Made by a program: the position numbers and the translations under genes. Shown piece by piece: positions 17,533 through 28,344 of a DNA stretch of 64,000 bases; the first letter of the stretch is position 1, and each line of letters begins with the position of its first letter. The notes below the pieces were generated by a model. The model did no database searches, had not been told where the DNA came from, and worked only from the letters and a program-made list of their open reading frames with translations. Source of the DNA: Candidatus Brocadiia bacterium (GTDB taxonomy: Bacteria; Planctomycetota; PUPC01); assembly GCA_030605345.1 (NCBI GenBank), contig JAUWIN010000002.1:1672-65671 (forward strand). The letters are read 5' to 3'.

Positions 17533-19289
17533 CAACTGAGCAGTACCGGGGGCTCGTTATCGGCCAGATTGCCGCGGCGTGTGCGCTCGGCGCGGCGGTG
17601 GCGGTAATCCTTGTCTGCGCCGTGCCGCAGTGCCGCAGCAGATATCACCTGGCAAAGGCCACCGAACATTACCTTGTGGGGATGGAGGCGGGCCTCCGTC
17701 AGGCGGTGGAGGAGTTGGACCGGGCGCTGGCCAACGAGCCCGGACTGCCGGCGGCGCTGGGACTGCGCGGCCGGATTGCGCTCCAACAGGGCGACGCCGC
17801 CACCGCTCGCGACACATACAAGGACCTGGAGCGGGCACTTCTGGAAGAAGGGCTGTCCGACGTCCCGGCACTGAACGGGATCGGATGCACCCTCCTGCTC
17901 GAAGCCACGCGACACGGGGCGAACGACCGCAAACGAATAGAAGAAGCCTACGCAGAGTTCGCATCCGCCGTCAACAGGGACGGGACAAACGGAGACCCCC
18001 ACGTGCACGCGGCGATATGCAGCCTGTACATGGGAGACGTGGTCAAGGCTGCTTCGCACCTGGCGAGCGCACGCGAGACTAGGGACCTAAGCTACGAATC
18101 GGCGGTCACATATTACGCTGCCGTCGCCTCAATGCTTGCGTTGGCCTCAGGCAAAGGGGACAAGACCGCATCCGCAGTAGCCAATGAGTTCGGCGATCCA
18201 GCCCCCAGACTGCGGAAAACCGGCCAGATGCTGTTCCGCGCGGCCGACGAGCTCGACAAGGCGATTGAATTGGCACGGGACGCGAAGACCGCGGCCAGGC
18301 TCCGGGCCAGTGCCGCACTGCTGAAGGCGAAACTGCTTGCCTGGGCGCCACTTGAGAGCGCGCGTGCCATCCGATACCGACAGGTTGTCTACCAGGCCTT
18401 GTCAGAGCAAGAAGCTCTCTTCACCTCATCGCAACGCCAACTTTTGCGTCTGGTGTTGGGGGTATCCCACCACAGGTTCGGAGAAATTGACCACGCCCTG
18501 CGGTGGGTACGCCGGGCGGCGACAACGGGTAAGCTCAGCCCTGAAACAAACTTTTATGTCGGAGCGGCCATGTTGGCGCTGGCGGAGTCGAAGAACGGAC
18601 CGGCCAACCGCGCAGAGCTTGAGAGTGAAGCCGCGAAGCACCTCCGGGCAGCGCTGGCGAAGCCCGGCCTGCCCGGCCGGATGAGATTCCGCTCGCTGAG
18701 CGACCTCGCCACAGCCCGGTGGCACGCAAACGATCCTTCCGGCGCCCTCGAGCAGATGGACGAGGCGGGAAAGATACTGGCCAAACTCGAGGGGCATCCG
18801 GGAGCGCCAGCCGGGGAAGAAAGGAGCACGTATTACCGGAACCTGGGAATCATGCTGTATAAGACCGGAAGGCCGGATGCTGCGGCGGGACCCCTCAGAA
18901 AAACGCTCGAAATCGACAACAACCAGAACGCTGTCCGACACCTCCTGGCCAGGATAACGCACGAGCCGGTAATCAGAGACATCAAGATAATCGTGACAAA
19001 GCAGCATCCGCCCAGCATGCCGATTATTATGGTCGAGGTGAGCAGCGGGGGTGCTGTGCCTTTACGGAAGCAGGAGATTTCGGTCAAAATCGACGGTGAG
19101 CGTGTCGCATTTATCGTCGGCCCGAACAACCGGATATATGCCCTGCCCCGGAACGCACTGGCGGAAGGAAGACACACCGCAACCCCACCCATCGCCACAG
19201 CGGGCGGGCAAAAGGCGCAGAGACAGGAAAAGTTCCGTGTCAGTTATGGCAGGTTTCGCCCAGCAGCGGCCGAAGGCGGAGGTCACTAA
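17529..19289 (+). CDS. Membrane-anchored TPR-repeat protein
   Basis: N-terminal TM helix, repeated A/L-rich helical TPR-like units across ~580 aa. Confidence 0.45.
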   Translation: MTTEQYRGLVIGQIAAACALGAAVAVILVCAVPQCRSRYHLAKATEHYLVGMEAGLRQAVEELDRALANEPGLPAALGLRGRIALQQGDAATARDTYKDLERALLEEGLSDVPALNGIGCTLLLEATRHGANDRKRIEEAYAEFASAVNRDGTNGDPHVHAAICSLYMGDVVKAASHLASARETRDLSYESAVTYYAAVASMLALASGKGDKTASAVANEFGDPAPRLRKTGQMLFRAADELDKAIELARDAKTAARLRASAALLKAKLLAWAPLESARAIRYRQVVYQALSEQEALFTSSQRQLLRLVLGVSHHRFGEIDHALRWVRRAATTGKLSPETNFYVGAAMLALAESKNGPANRAELESEAAKHLRAALAKPGLPGRMRFRSLSDLATARWHANDPSGALEQMDEAGKILAKLEGHPGAPAGEERSTYYRNLGIMLYKTGRPDAAAGPLRKTLEIDNNQNAVRHLLARITHEPVIRDIKIIVTKQHPPSMPIIMVEVSSGGAVPLRKQEISVKIDGERVAFIVGPNNRIYALPRNALAEGRHTATPPIATAGGQKAQRQEKFRVSYGRFRPAAAEGGGH

Positions 19290-19292
19290 GCT

Positions 19293-19865
19293 ATGTTGTG
19301 CCCGAAGTGTAACACCGAGAACAAGATGGGCTCGATCTACTGCGCCGGCTGCGGGGCGAAGCTCGAGATCACCGAGGAGCAAGCGCACACCGAAGCCGCC
19401 GAGGATCTACGCCACAGCAAGTGGCAGAAAGCATACCTGGCGTTGAACCGGGTGCTGTTCCTGTCCCTGCTGGTATTCATTGCCTCGCTCTTGTTCCGCG
19501 GATATGCCACGCGAAAGGTCCTCGCGGATTTCAGCGCCAGTGCGCCGCTCCCGCCGGCGCCTACGCTGGCACTTACCGGCTCGTTCATCAAGCAGCCCAG
19601 ACTCCGCGTCCCGCAGACGCGCCAGCCGGGCGTGCTGCGGCCTGAGAAGGGCAGTGAGGACGAGATTCTCGCCGACCTCGCACAGACCGCGCGCCGCCGC
19701 CTTGACTGTACCGTATCCCTGAAGACCGGAGAGGCGGTCAAAGGCTGGCTGCTCTTCCGCACGAAGGACGAGTTACGCGTCATAACACGCTGGGCGCCGG
19801 TGCCCGCAGTTCGCGTCATCAAGGCTGGCAATATTGATTTTGGGCAAAGCCAGCTGCCCGAATAA
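19293..19865 (+). CDS. Zinc-ribbon domain membrane protein
   Basis: MLCPKCNTENKMGSIYCAGCGAKL zinc ribbon, followed by a TM helix. Confidence 0.45.
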   Translation: MLCPKCNTENKMGSIYCAGCGAKLEITEEQAHTEAAEDLRHSKWQKAYLALNRVLFLSLLVFIASLLFRGYATRKVLADFSASAPLPPAPTLALTGSFIKQPRLRVPQTRQPGVLRPEKGSEDEILADLAQTARRRLDCTVSLKTGEAVKGWLLFRTKDELRVITRWAPVPAVRVIKAGNIDFGQSQLPE

Positions 19866-19973
19866 GGCCCCTCCACCTCTCCAGGACAATTCTTTACTTT
19901 CGCCGGTTTCGTCGGAGTTGACCCGAACGCTGGGCGCAGGTGGAAGAAACTTCAAATTTTTGGCCGCGGCTAC

Positions 19974-20001
19974 TTGCATGCTAATCGAAGGCGGCTATAA
20001 T
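19974..20001 (+). promoter_or_regulatory. sigma70-like promoter TTGCAT-16-TATAAT ~200 nt upstream of cooC (start of Wood-Ljungdahl operon)
   Basis: Read directly: ttgcatgctaatcgaaggcggctataat. Confidence 0.4.
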
Positions 20002-20201
20002 GCCAGCGGAGCTAAACACCAAGGCTGTTTATGTTGCTGGCCCAGGGAAGCTCAGCGCAAAGCCGCTCTGTTTTCCTGCGAGTTGTCGGATGCAGCGAGA
20101 CGTTAATAGACAGGTTCCGGTGTAGATTCGCTGGTCAAGCCCATCAACGAAAGCCACGATAGGTCCCGAAAAGGAAACTACGGCCGCCAAGGCGGGGAAA
20201 C

Positions 20202-20987
20202 ATGAAGGTCGCTATTACAGGCAAGGGCGGGGTCGGCAAGACCACTATCACAGCGCTTGCTGCTCGTCGGCTGGCGGAGCAGGGCCGCAAGGTATTGGCA
20301 GTGGATGCCGACCCGGACACCAATCTGGCGGCGGCTCTCGACTTCCCATCCCCAGAGGAAATTGTGCCCATCGTAGAGATGAAGCAGATGATCGCCGAAC
20401 GTATGGGCACTCGGCCGGGTTCTGTGGGGACGTACTTTAAACTCAATCCGAACGTAGATGACCTGCCGGCGAAGCATTGCATAGAGCATCAGGGCGTCAG
20501 GCTTATCGTGATGGGGATGGTAAAAAGAGGCGGAGCGGGGTGCGCCTGCCCTGAAAACGCCTTCCTCAAGGTCCTGCTTAGCCACGTCCTTCTCCGCCAG
20601 AATGAGGACGTGCTGGTGGACATGGAAGCCGGACTGGAGCATCTCGGTCGGGCCACTGCTTCTGCGGTGGACGGGCTTCTGGTCGTGGTCGAGCCCGGGC
20701 TGCGCAGCCTTGAGACGCTCGAGCGCATCCGCACGCTTGCCTCTGATATTGGTTTGAAGCGGTGTTGGGCCGTCGCAAACAAGGTCACATCTGACGACGA
20801 GCGAGCTTTCCTGTCAGACCACGCGCCGGACGGTGGCTTCGTTGGCTCGCTCCCGTCCAGCAAGAACGTCGTGAGCGCAAGCCGGGGACAAGGCTCGTTG
20901 AGGGACGTAGAGCCCGAAGTATGGCAGGAGATTGATTCGGTCCTGCAAGCAATAAACAGCAATCAAGCAGTCGAAAGGACAGGTTGA
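20202..20987 (+). CDS. cooC: CO dehydrogenase maturation ATPase CooC (Ni-insertion, MinD/ParA fold)
   Basis: MKVAITGKGGVGKTT deviant Walker A, ~261 aa, immediately upstream (ATGA overlap) of cooS. Confidence 0.8.
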   Translation: MKVAITGKGGVGKTTITALAARRLAEQGRKVLAVDADPDTNLAAALDFPSPEEIVPIVEMKQMIAERMGTRPGSVGTYFKLNPNVDDLPAKHCIEHQGVRLIVMGMVKRGGAGCACPENAFLKVLLSHVLLRQNEDVLVDMEAGLEHLGRATASAVDGLLVVVEPGLRSLETLERIRTLASDIGLKRCWAVANKVTSDDERAFLSDHAPDGGFVGSLPSSKNVVSASRGQGSLRDVEPEVWQEIDSVLQAINSNQAVERTG

Positions 20988-22920
20988 TGAGCAAGGGAAA
21001 AAGTGCTTCACGCTCGATAGACCCGGCGTCTCAGGAAATGCTGGAAAGGGCAGAGGCAGCGGACATCTCGACGGCCTGGGACCGGTTGGAAGAGATGGAG
21101 CCGCAGTGCGGATTCGGACGGCTGGGCATTTGCTGCCGCAACTGCTCGATGGGGCCATGCCGCATCGACCCGTTCGGCGAAGGCCCGCAGGCCGGTGTAT
21201 GCGGCGCGAACGCCGACACCATCGCCGCAAGGAACCTGCTTCGCATGGTGGCTGGCGGCGCCGCAGCCCATTCCGACCACGGCCGCGACATCGCTCACAC
21301 GCTCAAAATGGTGGTAGACGCCAAGGCCGCCGACTACACCATCAAGGACGGACAGAAGCTCCGGCAAGTGGCCGCGAGATACGGCGTCGAGACCGGGGAA
21401 AAGGACGACAAAGCGATTGCCGCTGAACTTTCCGAGGTTGTGCTCGCCGAATTTGGGAAGCAGGAAGGTTCCCTCACCAGTGCGTCCGCTTACGCTCCGC
21501 CAGCCAGGGTGGAGCTGTGGGAGCGCCTCGGCATCATGCCGCGTTCTATCGACCGTGAGATCGTCGAATCGATGCACCGCACACACATTGGGGTGGACTG
21601 CGACTACAGAAATCTGGTAAAGCACGCCCTGCGCCTGAGCCTTTCCGATGGCTGGGGCGGGTCGCTCGTCGCTACGGAGCTCTCCGACATCCTGTTCCAG
21701 GGCCCCGAACCCATTCGCTTCGGCGCCAACCTGGGGGCGCTGGAAGAAGACAAGGTAAACGTGGTGGTGCACGGGCACGAACCTACGCTCTCCGACATCA
21801 TCGTTGCCGTCTCCGGCGAAGAGGAACTCCAGAAACTGGCCGAGGAAAAGGGGGCGAAAGGAATAAATATCGTGGGGATGTGCTGTACAGGGAACGAAAT
21901 ACTAATGCGCCATGGCATCCCGGTCGCCGGCAATTTCCTTCAGCAGGAACTGGCGGTGATACCGGCAGCGTCGAACTGATGGTGGTTGACGTCCAGTGCA
22001 TAATGCCCGCCCTCAGCTCCCTGTGCAATTGCTTTCACACCAAACTCATCCCCACCTCGCCCAAGTGCAAGATGGAAGGCGTCGAGCACGTCGAGTTCCA
22101 CGAAGAGGCGGCGATGGAAATCGCGCGAAAAATCATCAAAACCGCGGTCGAGAACTTCCCCAACCGCGGCAGCGACGTACACATACCTGACCACAAAGAG
22201 CAGGCCATCGGCGGATTCACCACCGAAAACATCTTTCACATACTCGGTGGGTTCTACAGGAGCACATATCGGCCCCTCAACAACGCAATAATAGAAGGGC
22301 GCGTGCGCGGCGCCGCCGGGGTCGTCGGGTGCAACAACCCGAAAGGCCGGCACGATTACGGCCATATCACCATGATGAAGGAACTTATCAAGAACGATGT
22401 TCTGGTGGTCGCGACAGGATGCGGTGCCATCGCCGCGGCAAAGGAAGGCCTGATGCGGCCCGAGGCGGCGGACCTTTGCGGAAAGGGCCTGGCTGAGGTC
22501 TGTAGGGCGGTCGGGATACCGCCCGTGCTCCACGTTGGCTCGTGTGTGGACAACAGCCGAATCCTGACAATCCTCGCAAACGTGGTCGCTGAGGGCGGCC
22601 TGGGCGAGGACATATCCGACTTGCCGGTGGCCGGGGCGGCGCCGGAGTGGATGTCCGAGAAGGCCGTCTCCATCGGGATGTATTTCGTCGCTTCCGGCGT
22701 CTATACCGTGCTCTGCCAGCCGCTGCCGGTGCTGGGCAGCGAGAAGTTGACGCGACTGCTCACGGAAGAACTCGAGGACCAGGTCGGCGGCATGTGGGGA
22801 TGGGACCCGGACCCAGTCAAGGCGGCGCACTTGATGATTGATCACATCAACAAGAAGCGCAAGGCACTGAAATTGCGGCCGATGATGTACCAGACAGCGC
22901 CGGTGGGCGCCAGCGGATAA
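20984..22920 (+). CDS. cooS: Anaerobic Ni-CO dehydrogenase catalytic subunit CooS/AcsA; interrupted by an apparent -1 frameshift near 21960-21975
   Basis: N-terminal CGFGRLGICCRNCSMGPCRIDPFGEG (B/D-cluster cysteines) in frame 2 (20984..21979); C-terminal half MVVDVQCIMP...HVGSCVDNSRIL in frame 1 (from ~21964); expected ...ELAVITGSVELMVVD is split as ELAVIP / GDTGSVELMVVD, consistent with a missing A in gtgata(a)ccggc. Confidence 0.8.
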
Positions 22921-22942
22921 CAGTGCTGACAAAGGTGATAAC

Positions 22943-23437
22943 ATGCGAAAAATCATGGTGGACCTCCAACTGTGCATGGGCTGCAACAGTTGCGAGATTG
23001 CCTGCGCAGTTCAGCACTCGCAAAGCGGTGATCTCTTCGAAGCGTTGAAAGAGCCTGTCCTGCCCGGATACCGCCTGCGAGTGAGGGCAAGCTACGGGAT
23101 GCCGTTCCCGCTGCGCTGCGAGCAGTGCGAGGACGCACCCTGCATCGATGCCTGCAAGAGTGGTGCAATGGCCCGCGACCCGGAGACCGCCTCGGTGCAG
23201 ATCGATGAAGACAAATGTGTGGGGGGCTGGATGTGCGTGATGGTCTGTCCATTTGGAGCGGTTTTCCCTGATATGGAAAGGGGCAAGGCGGTCAAGTGCG
23301 ACCTTTGCCGCGGGCACGAACGGCCCGCCTGCGTGGACGCCTGTCCCACCAAAGCCCTGAGCTACGTCGAGCCGGACGAGTTCGCCGCCCGGTACATGCG
23401 CGCCGAAGCCGCAAAGACCTCAACGGAGGCTGAGTGA
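22943..23437 (+). CDS. cooF: CooF-like 4Fe-4S ferredoxin-type electron transfer protein
   Basis: CMGCNSCEIAC, CEQCEDAPCIDAC, CVGGWMCVMVCP, CDLC...CVDACP cluster motifs; follows cooS. Confidence 0.75.
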   Translation: MRKIMVDLQLCMGCNSCEIACAVQHSQSGDLFEALKEPVLPGYRLRVRASYGMPFPLRCEQCEDAPCIDACKSGAMARDPETASVQIDEDKCVGGWMCVMVCPFGAVFPDMERGKAVKCDLCRGHERPACVDACPTKALSYVEPDEFAARYMRAEAAKTSTEAE

Positions 23438-24733
23438 ATGCGATATCTCATTATCGGAAACAGCGCCGCCGGGCTCAACGGCGCCGAAGCCATTCGTGAG
23501 CTCGACACCGACGGAGAAGTGACCATCGTCTCGGAAGAAGATTATCCTCCCTACTCCCGCTGTCTAATCCCCTACTTCATGGAGGGCAAGGTCAGCGAAG
23601 ATGACATGCTGTATCGCCCTTCCGACTACTACCAAGCCCACAGCTTCCGCATTATGCTCGGTCGGCGGGTGGTCAAGGTGGACACCTCGAAAATGGAAGC
23701 CCAGCTCGAAGACGGCGAACGGCTGATGTATGACCGGCTCCTGTTGGCGACAGGCGGCTCGCCGAAGATCCCTGATACCACGGGCATGGACAAGGAGGGT
23801 GTGCTTGGCTTTCGCACCACCAGGGACCTCCACGCAATTCTGAGGGCGCTGAAAGATACCCGCAACGCTGCGGTGCTCGGCGGCGGCTGCATCGGCCTGA
23901 TGGCGGCGTGTGGTCTCAGGGCCAAAGGGGCGGAAGTGCTGGTCGTAATCCGGTCGCCTCATCTCCTTTCACAAGTCGCCGACGCCGAAGCCGGTGAGAT
24001 GTTCCGCCGACGCTTCGAGGAAAACGGTGTGCGAGTGATCTCCGGCGCCTCAGTGGATGAGGTCCGTGGTGACGCCCGGGTTGCGCAGATTCACCTTGAT
24101 AACGGCGAACAATTGGAATGCCAACTCATCGTTGTTGGGAAGGGAGTCGCTCCTAATGTCACATTTCTGGAAGGCAGTGGCGTCGCTGTGAACCGTGGTG
24201 TGGTAGTGGACGAAAATCTCCAGACCAATATCCCTGAGATTTATGCGGCCGGGGATGTAGCCGAAACAACCGACGTTGTGACGGGCGAGAAGGCGGTCAA
24301 CGCGATATGGCCGTGCGCCGCTGAACAGGGCCGAATCGCCGGCGCTAACATGGCCGGCCAGGCGCGGACCTATGTCGGCTCCATGCGGATGAACTCCGCC
24401 GAGTTCTTTGGCTTGCCCCTCATCTCAATCGGGGTGACCAAGCCGCCGAGCGACGAATACCAAGTGCTCAGCCGGCGCCAAGAAACCCGAAACACCTACC
24501 GCAAGGTGGTCCTCAAGCAGAACAAGATTGTCGGGCTTGTGATGGTCGGCGAGATCGAGAACGCCGGAGTCTATCGTGCGCTGATACAAAAAAAAGCAGA
24601 TATTTCCTCAGTCAAGGACAGACTGCTTGACCGGAACTTTGGCTACCCGGACATATTGCCCCTGGTGGCCGGTGACCGACAAAGGTTTTCTGAACCTGAG
24701 TGGCGACACAGCCTGATTAGCTACCGTCGCTAA
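23438..24733 (+). CDS. FAD-dependent pyridine nucleotide-disulfide oxidoreductase (CooS-associated NAD(P)H oxidoreductase)
   Basis: MRYLIIGNSAAGLNGA dinucleotide-binding N-terminus, second GGGCIGLMAA Rossmann motif, ~431 aa; cooS-cooF-FNOR arrangement known in clostridia. Confidence 0.7.
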   Translation: MRYLIIGNSAAGLNGAEAIRELDTDGEVTIVSEEDYPPYSRCLIPYFMEGKVSEDDMLYRPSDYYQAHSFRIMLGRRVVKVDTSKMEAQLEDGERLMYDRLLLATGGSPKIPDTTGMDKEGVLGFRTTRDLHAILRALKDTRNAAVLGGGCIGLMAACGLRAKGAEVLVVIRSPHLLSQVADAEAGEMFRRRFEENGVRVISGASVDEVRGDARVAQIHLDNGEQLECQLIVVGKGVAPNVTFLEGSGVAVNRGVVVDENLQTNIPEIYAAGDVAETTDVVTGEKAVNAIWPCAAEQGRIAGANMAGQARTYVGSMRMNSAEFFGLPLISIGVTKPPSDEYQVLSRRQETRNTYRKVVLKQNKIVGLVMVGEIENAGVYRALIQKKADISSVKDRLLDRNFGYPDILPLVAGDRQRFSEPEWRHSLISYRR

Positions 24734-24759
24734 ATGCCAAATAATGGGAGGCAGGTCCA

Positions 24760-26976
24760 ATGTCCAAGATTATTGCAACTGCTGCTATACGTGGTGCCCA
24801 CAGGATGGTTGAAAGGGCTGAAGAAGCCCTCGCCAAGGCGATCGAAGAGAAAGGCAAGGACGCCAAGGCCGAATACCCGAACACGGCGTACTATCTTCCC
24901 ATCATGCTGCTTTTCCTCGGCCAGAAGGTGGAAAAACTCGGCGACCTCGAAGAGTCGCTCCAGGAGGCGCGCAAACTTCTTGGGAAGGTCCCTACCGACG
25001 AGGTGTGGCTGCCGTACCTGGGCGAAACGCTGGACTCTGGCGTTGCGACGTTGATTGCCGAGGAGACCATCGAGGCACTGAAATTCGTTGACGGCGCCAA
25101 CCCAGCCGAAGGAATCTGGCTGAGCTTCACCGACGATTCGATCCTGCGGATGCAGGGGATCAAACTGGTGGACGGCCGGATGCCGGGGTTTGCCGCCGTT
25201 GTCGGCTGCGCGCCGACTAACCAGGAGGCGGTGCAACTGGTTCGGGGCCTCCAGGAGCGGAATATCCCGGTGTTTATGGCCGGCCACGCAAATGGCCGGG
25301 CCATTGCCGAGCAACTGGCCGAGGAACGGATTGACATGAACTGGGATACGTTCCTGGTGCCATACGGCAAGGAGATTACAGCGGCGGTTCACGCCGCCAA
25401 CTTCGCCGCAAGGGCCGCCATGACATTCGGCGGCATCGAACCTAAAGGCCTGAAAGAGGCGCGCGAAATCCTGCTGTATAACAAAGAGCGGGTGTACGCC
25501 TTTGTGCTCGCCCTGGGCGCCGACTCGGACGCCCCGGAGGACCAGGTCATCACCGACGAGAAATACGCCACCGCGGCGGGAGTAATCAATTTCGGGTTCC
25601 CCGTCATCTCCGACGTGAACATCCCTGAAATCCTCCCCACCGGCATATGCCAATACGAGCACGTAGTGGCCAACGTAAACCTCTCCGACATCATCTCCCG
25701 GGCCATCGAGGTGCGGGGCCTGACCATCAAGGTGGAGAAGCTGCCGATCCCGGTGCCCTACGGCGCAGGGTTCGAGGGCGAGCGCGTCAGAAAAGAAGAT
25801 ATGTACGTCCAATTCGGCAGTAAGTACACCGATGCCTTCGAACTGCTCAAGATGAAGCAGATGGACGAGGTGACGGACGGGACGATCGAGGTCATCGGCC
25901 CTGAAATCGACGACATGACCGAGGGCGAGGCGTATCCCCTCGGCATCGTGGTCGAGGTGGCGGGGCGAAACTTCCAGGAAGACTTCGAGTCAGTAGCGGA
26001 GCGCAGAATCCACGAGTACATCTCCTGCGCCAATGGCATTTTTCACATGGGGCAGCGCGCCATTGTGTGGGCGCGCATCAGCAAGAACGCCCACGAGAAG
26101 GGGTTCAAGATGAAGCACCTCGGAGAAATTATAGTGGCGAAGATGCACAGCAACTTCTCCGCCATTATTGACCGGGTACAGGTAAAAGTTTATACCGACG
26201 GGGACAAAATCAAGCCGCTGCTCGAAGAAGCACGCGGCATTTACCGCGAACGTGACGACCGCATCAGCGGCATGACGGATGACGACGTGGACGAGTTCTA
26301 TTCGTGCACCCTGTGCCAGTCTTACGCCCCCAACCACGTGTGCATTGTCACACCGCAGCGCCTCGGCCTGTGCGGAGCCTACACCTGGCTCGACTGCAAA
26401 GCCTCACACCGGATCGACCCACATGGGCCGAACGAACCTGTAGCCAAGGGGAAGTGCCTGGACCACACCCTGGGCCAGTGGCAAAAGGTTAACGATTACG
26501 TAGCGGTCAAGTCGAACGGAAACCTGATGAAGTTCAGCGCCTATTCGATGCTGGTGGACCCGATGACGTCGTGCGGCTGCTTTGAGTGTGTCGTGGGCAT
26601 CGTCCCCGAGGCGAACGGGGTGATGATTGTGGACCGCGACCACCAGGGAATGACGCCGGTCGGGATGAAGTTCTCGACACTGGCCGGGCAGATCGGCGGC
26701 GGGATCCAGACGCCCGGCTTCATCGGCATCGGGAAATTATACATATCCAGCCCCAAGTTCATCTCTGCCGAGGGCGGAACCGAAAGAATAGTATGGATGC
26801 CGAAGGCTCTCAAGGAAGAAGTCAGCGACAGGGTCAACGCTCGGCTCAGGGATATCGGCAAAGAAGACTTCTACGACAAAATCGCCACCGAGGACGACGC
26901 AGAATCGCCCGACCAACTCGTCGAGTTCCTCACCAAAGTCGAGCATCCGGCCCTGAACATGGACCCGATGATGTGA
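24760..26976 (+). CDS. acsB: Acetyl-CoA synthase catalytic subunit AcsB (CODH/ACS beta)
   Basis: 738 aa; N-terminus MSKIIATAAIRGAH... and C-terminal Cys-rich A-cluster region (CTLCQSYAPNHVCIVTPQRLGLCGA) typical of bacterial AcsB. Confidence 0.85.
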   Translation: MSKIIATAAIRGAHRMVERAEEALAKAIEEKGKDAKAEYPNTAYYLPIMLLFLGQKVEKLGDLEESLQEARKLLGKVPTDEVWLPYLGETLDSGVATLIAEETIEALKFVDGANPAEGIWLSFTDDSILRMQGIKLVDGRMPGFAAVVGCAPTNQEAVQLVRGLQERNIPVFMAGHANGRAIAEQLAEERIDMNWDTFLVPYGKEITAAVHAANFAARAAMTFGGIEPKGLKEAREILLYNKERVYAFVLALGADSDAPEDQVITDEKYATAAGVINFGFPVISDVNIPEILPTGICQYEHVVANVNLSDIISRAIEVRGLTIKVEKLPIPVPYGAGFEGERVRKEDMYVQFGSKYTDAFELLKMKQMDEVTDGTIEVIGPEIDDMTEGEAYPLGIVVEVAGRNFQEDFESVAERRIHEYISCANGIFHMGQRAIVWARISKNAHEKGFKMKHLGEIIVAKMHSNFSAIIDRVQVKVYTDGDKIKPLLEEARGIYRERDDRISGMTDDDVDEFYSCTLCQSYAPNHVCIVTPQRLGLCGAYTWLDCKASHRIDPHGPNEPVAKGKCLDHTLGQWQKVNDYVAVKSNGNLMKFSAYSMLVDPMTSCGCFECVVGIVPEANGVMIVDRDHQGMTPVGMKFSTLAGQIGGGIQTPGFIGIGKLYISSPKFISAEGGTERIVWMPKALKEEVSDRVNARLRDIGKEDFYDKIATEDDAESPDQLVEFLTKVEHPALNMDPMM

Positions 26977-27000
26977 GCTGATAACAAGGAGGAAACGGTT

Positions 27001-28344
27001 ATGGCTCTGACGGCAATGGAGGTGTACAAAAACCTGCCCAAAACAAATTGCAAGGACTGCGGTCTGCCCACTTGCATGGCGTTCGCTATGCAGGTGGCGG
27101 CGAAGCAAAAAGCACTCACCGACTGCCCGCACCTCTCCGACGAAGCCAAGGAGAAGTTCGCCGAGTCCTCAGCCCCGCCAATGAAGCTGATACATATCGG
27201 GCCGGAAGGAGAAAAGGGGGTGGAACTCGGCCAGGAAACGGTGATGTTCCGCCACGAGGAAAAGTTCTACAAGCCGCCCGCGCTGGCGGTCAAAATCCCA
27301 TCCTCGCTCTCGGACGAAGATGCCGCCGCCAGACTGAACCAGATCAACGACGCCGTGTTCACCCGCGTGGGCGACGAAGTGGCCGTGCGTATGGCCGCCG
27401 TCGAGATCGACGGCCTCTCGGCTGACGCCGCAGCAGCACGGGTCAAGGCGCTCTCCGAAAACAGCCGGGTGCCGTTCGTCATCATGGGCCAGGACCCCGA
27501 AGCCATGGCGGCTGCCGCCGGCGCGGTGGCGGCGCACAAGCCCCTGATCTACAAGGCCACCGAAGAGAACGCAGAAGCGTTCGTCAAGATCGCCGTAGAG
27601 AACAAATGCCCGCGGGCCGTAGGCGCCGAAACACTCGAAAAACTGGCCGACCTCACGAACATGGCGAAGGAACAGGGAGCCGAAGACCTCATACTTGCGT
27701 TCGACGGCCGCAAGACAGTTCGGACCATCCGCGACATTACTATGGCACGAAGGGCCGCTCTCAACAAAAACTTCAGGCCGCTCGGCTTTCCGGCCATGGT
27801 GGATGTTTCCCTCGACGCCAGCACCAAGGAGACTGTGCTTGCCGGGACATTCGTCGCCAAGTACGCCGGCATCATTATCATCAATGGGGTGGACGGCGCA
27901 GAGCTCCTGCCAATCATGACGGCGATACAAAACATCTACACCGACCCCCAGGTCCCGAACACCGTCGAGGCCAAACTCTACGAGGTGGGAGAGGTGAACG
28001 AGAACTCGCCAGTCCTGTTCACCACAAACTTCTCGCTCACCTATTTCTGCGTCGAGGCCGAGGTCGAGCGGAGCAAGGTGCCCTCCTACATTTCGGTGGC
28101 GGACACAGAGGGGCTGGGCGTGCTGAACGCCTACGCCGGCGACAAACTTTCAGCGGAAGACGTAGTCAAAACCCTCGCGGAGCAAAAAGTTGCGGAGAAA
28201 GTCAACCACCACAAGCTCATCATACCCGGCCTTCTCCCGTCGTTCCGAGCAGAAATTGAGGATACCTCGGAGTGGAAAGAAGTCCTCATCGGCCCTGAGA
28301 ATGCCACTGGAATACCGACGTTCCTTGCGGAAAACTGGAAGTGA
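27001..28344 (+). CDS. acsC: Corrinoid iron-sulfur protein large subunit AcsC
   Basis: N-terminal CKDCGLPTCMAFAMQV [4Fe-4S] motif, TIM-barrel middle and B12-binding C-terminal, 447 aa. Confidence 0.85.
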   Translation: MALTAMEVYKNLPKTNCKDCGLPTCMAFAMQVAAKQKALTDCPHLSDEAKEKFAESSAPPMKLIHIGPEGEKGVELGQETVMFRHEEKFYKPPALAVKIPSSLSDEDAAARLNQINDAVFTRVGDEVAVRMAAVEIDGLSADAAAARVKALSENSRVPFVIMGQDPEAMAAAAGAVAAHKPLIYKATEENAEAFVKIAVENKCPRAVGAETLEKLADLTNMAKEQGAEDLILAFDGRKTVRTIRDITMARRAALNKNFRPLGFPAMVDVSLDASTKETVLAGTFVAKYAGIIIINGVDGAELLPIMTAIQNIYTDPQVPNTVEAKLYEVGEVNENSPVLFTTNFSLTYFCVEAEVERSKVPSYISVADTEGLGVLNAYAGDKLSAEDVVKTLAEQKVAEKVNHHKLIIPGLLPSFRAEIEDTSEWKEVLIGPENATGIPTFLAENWK

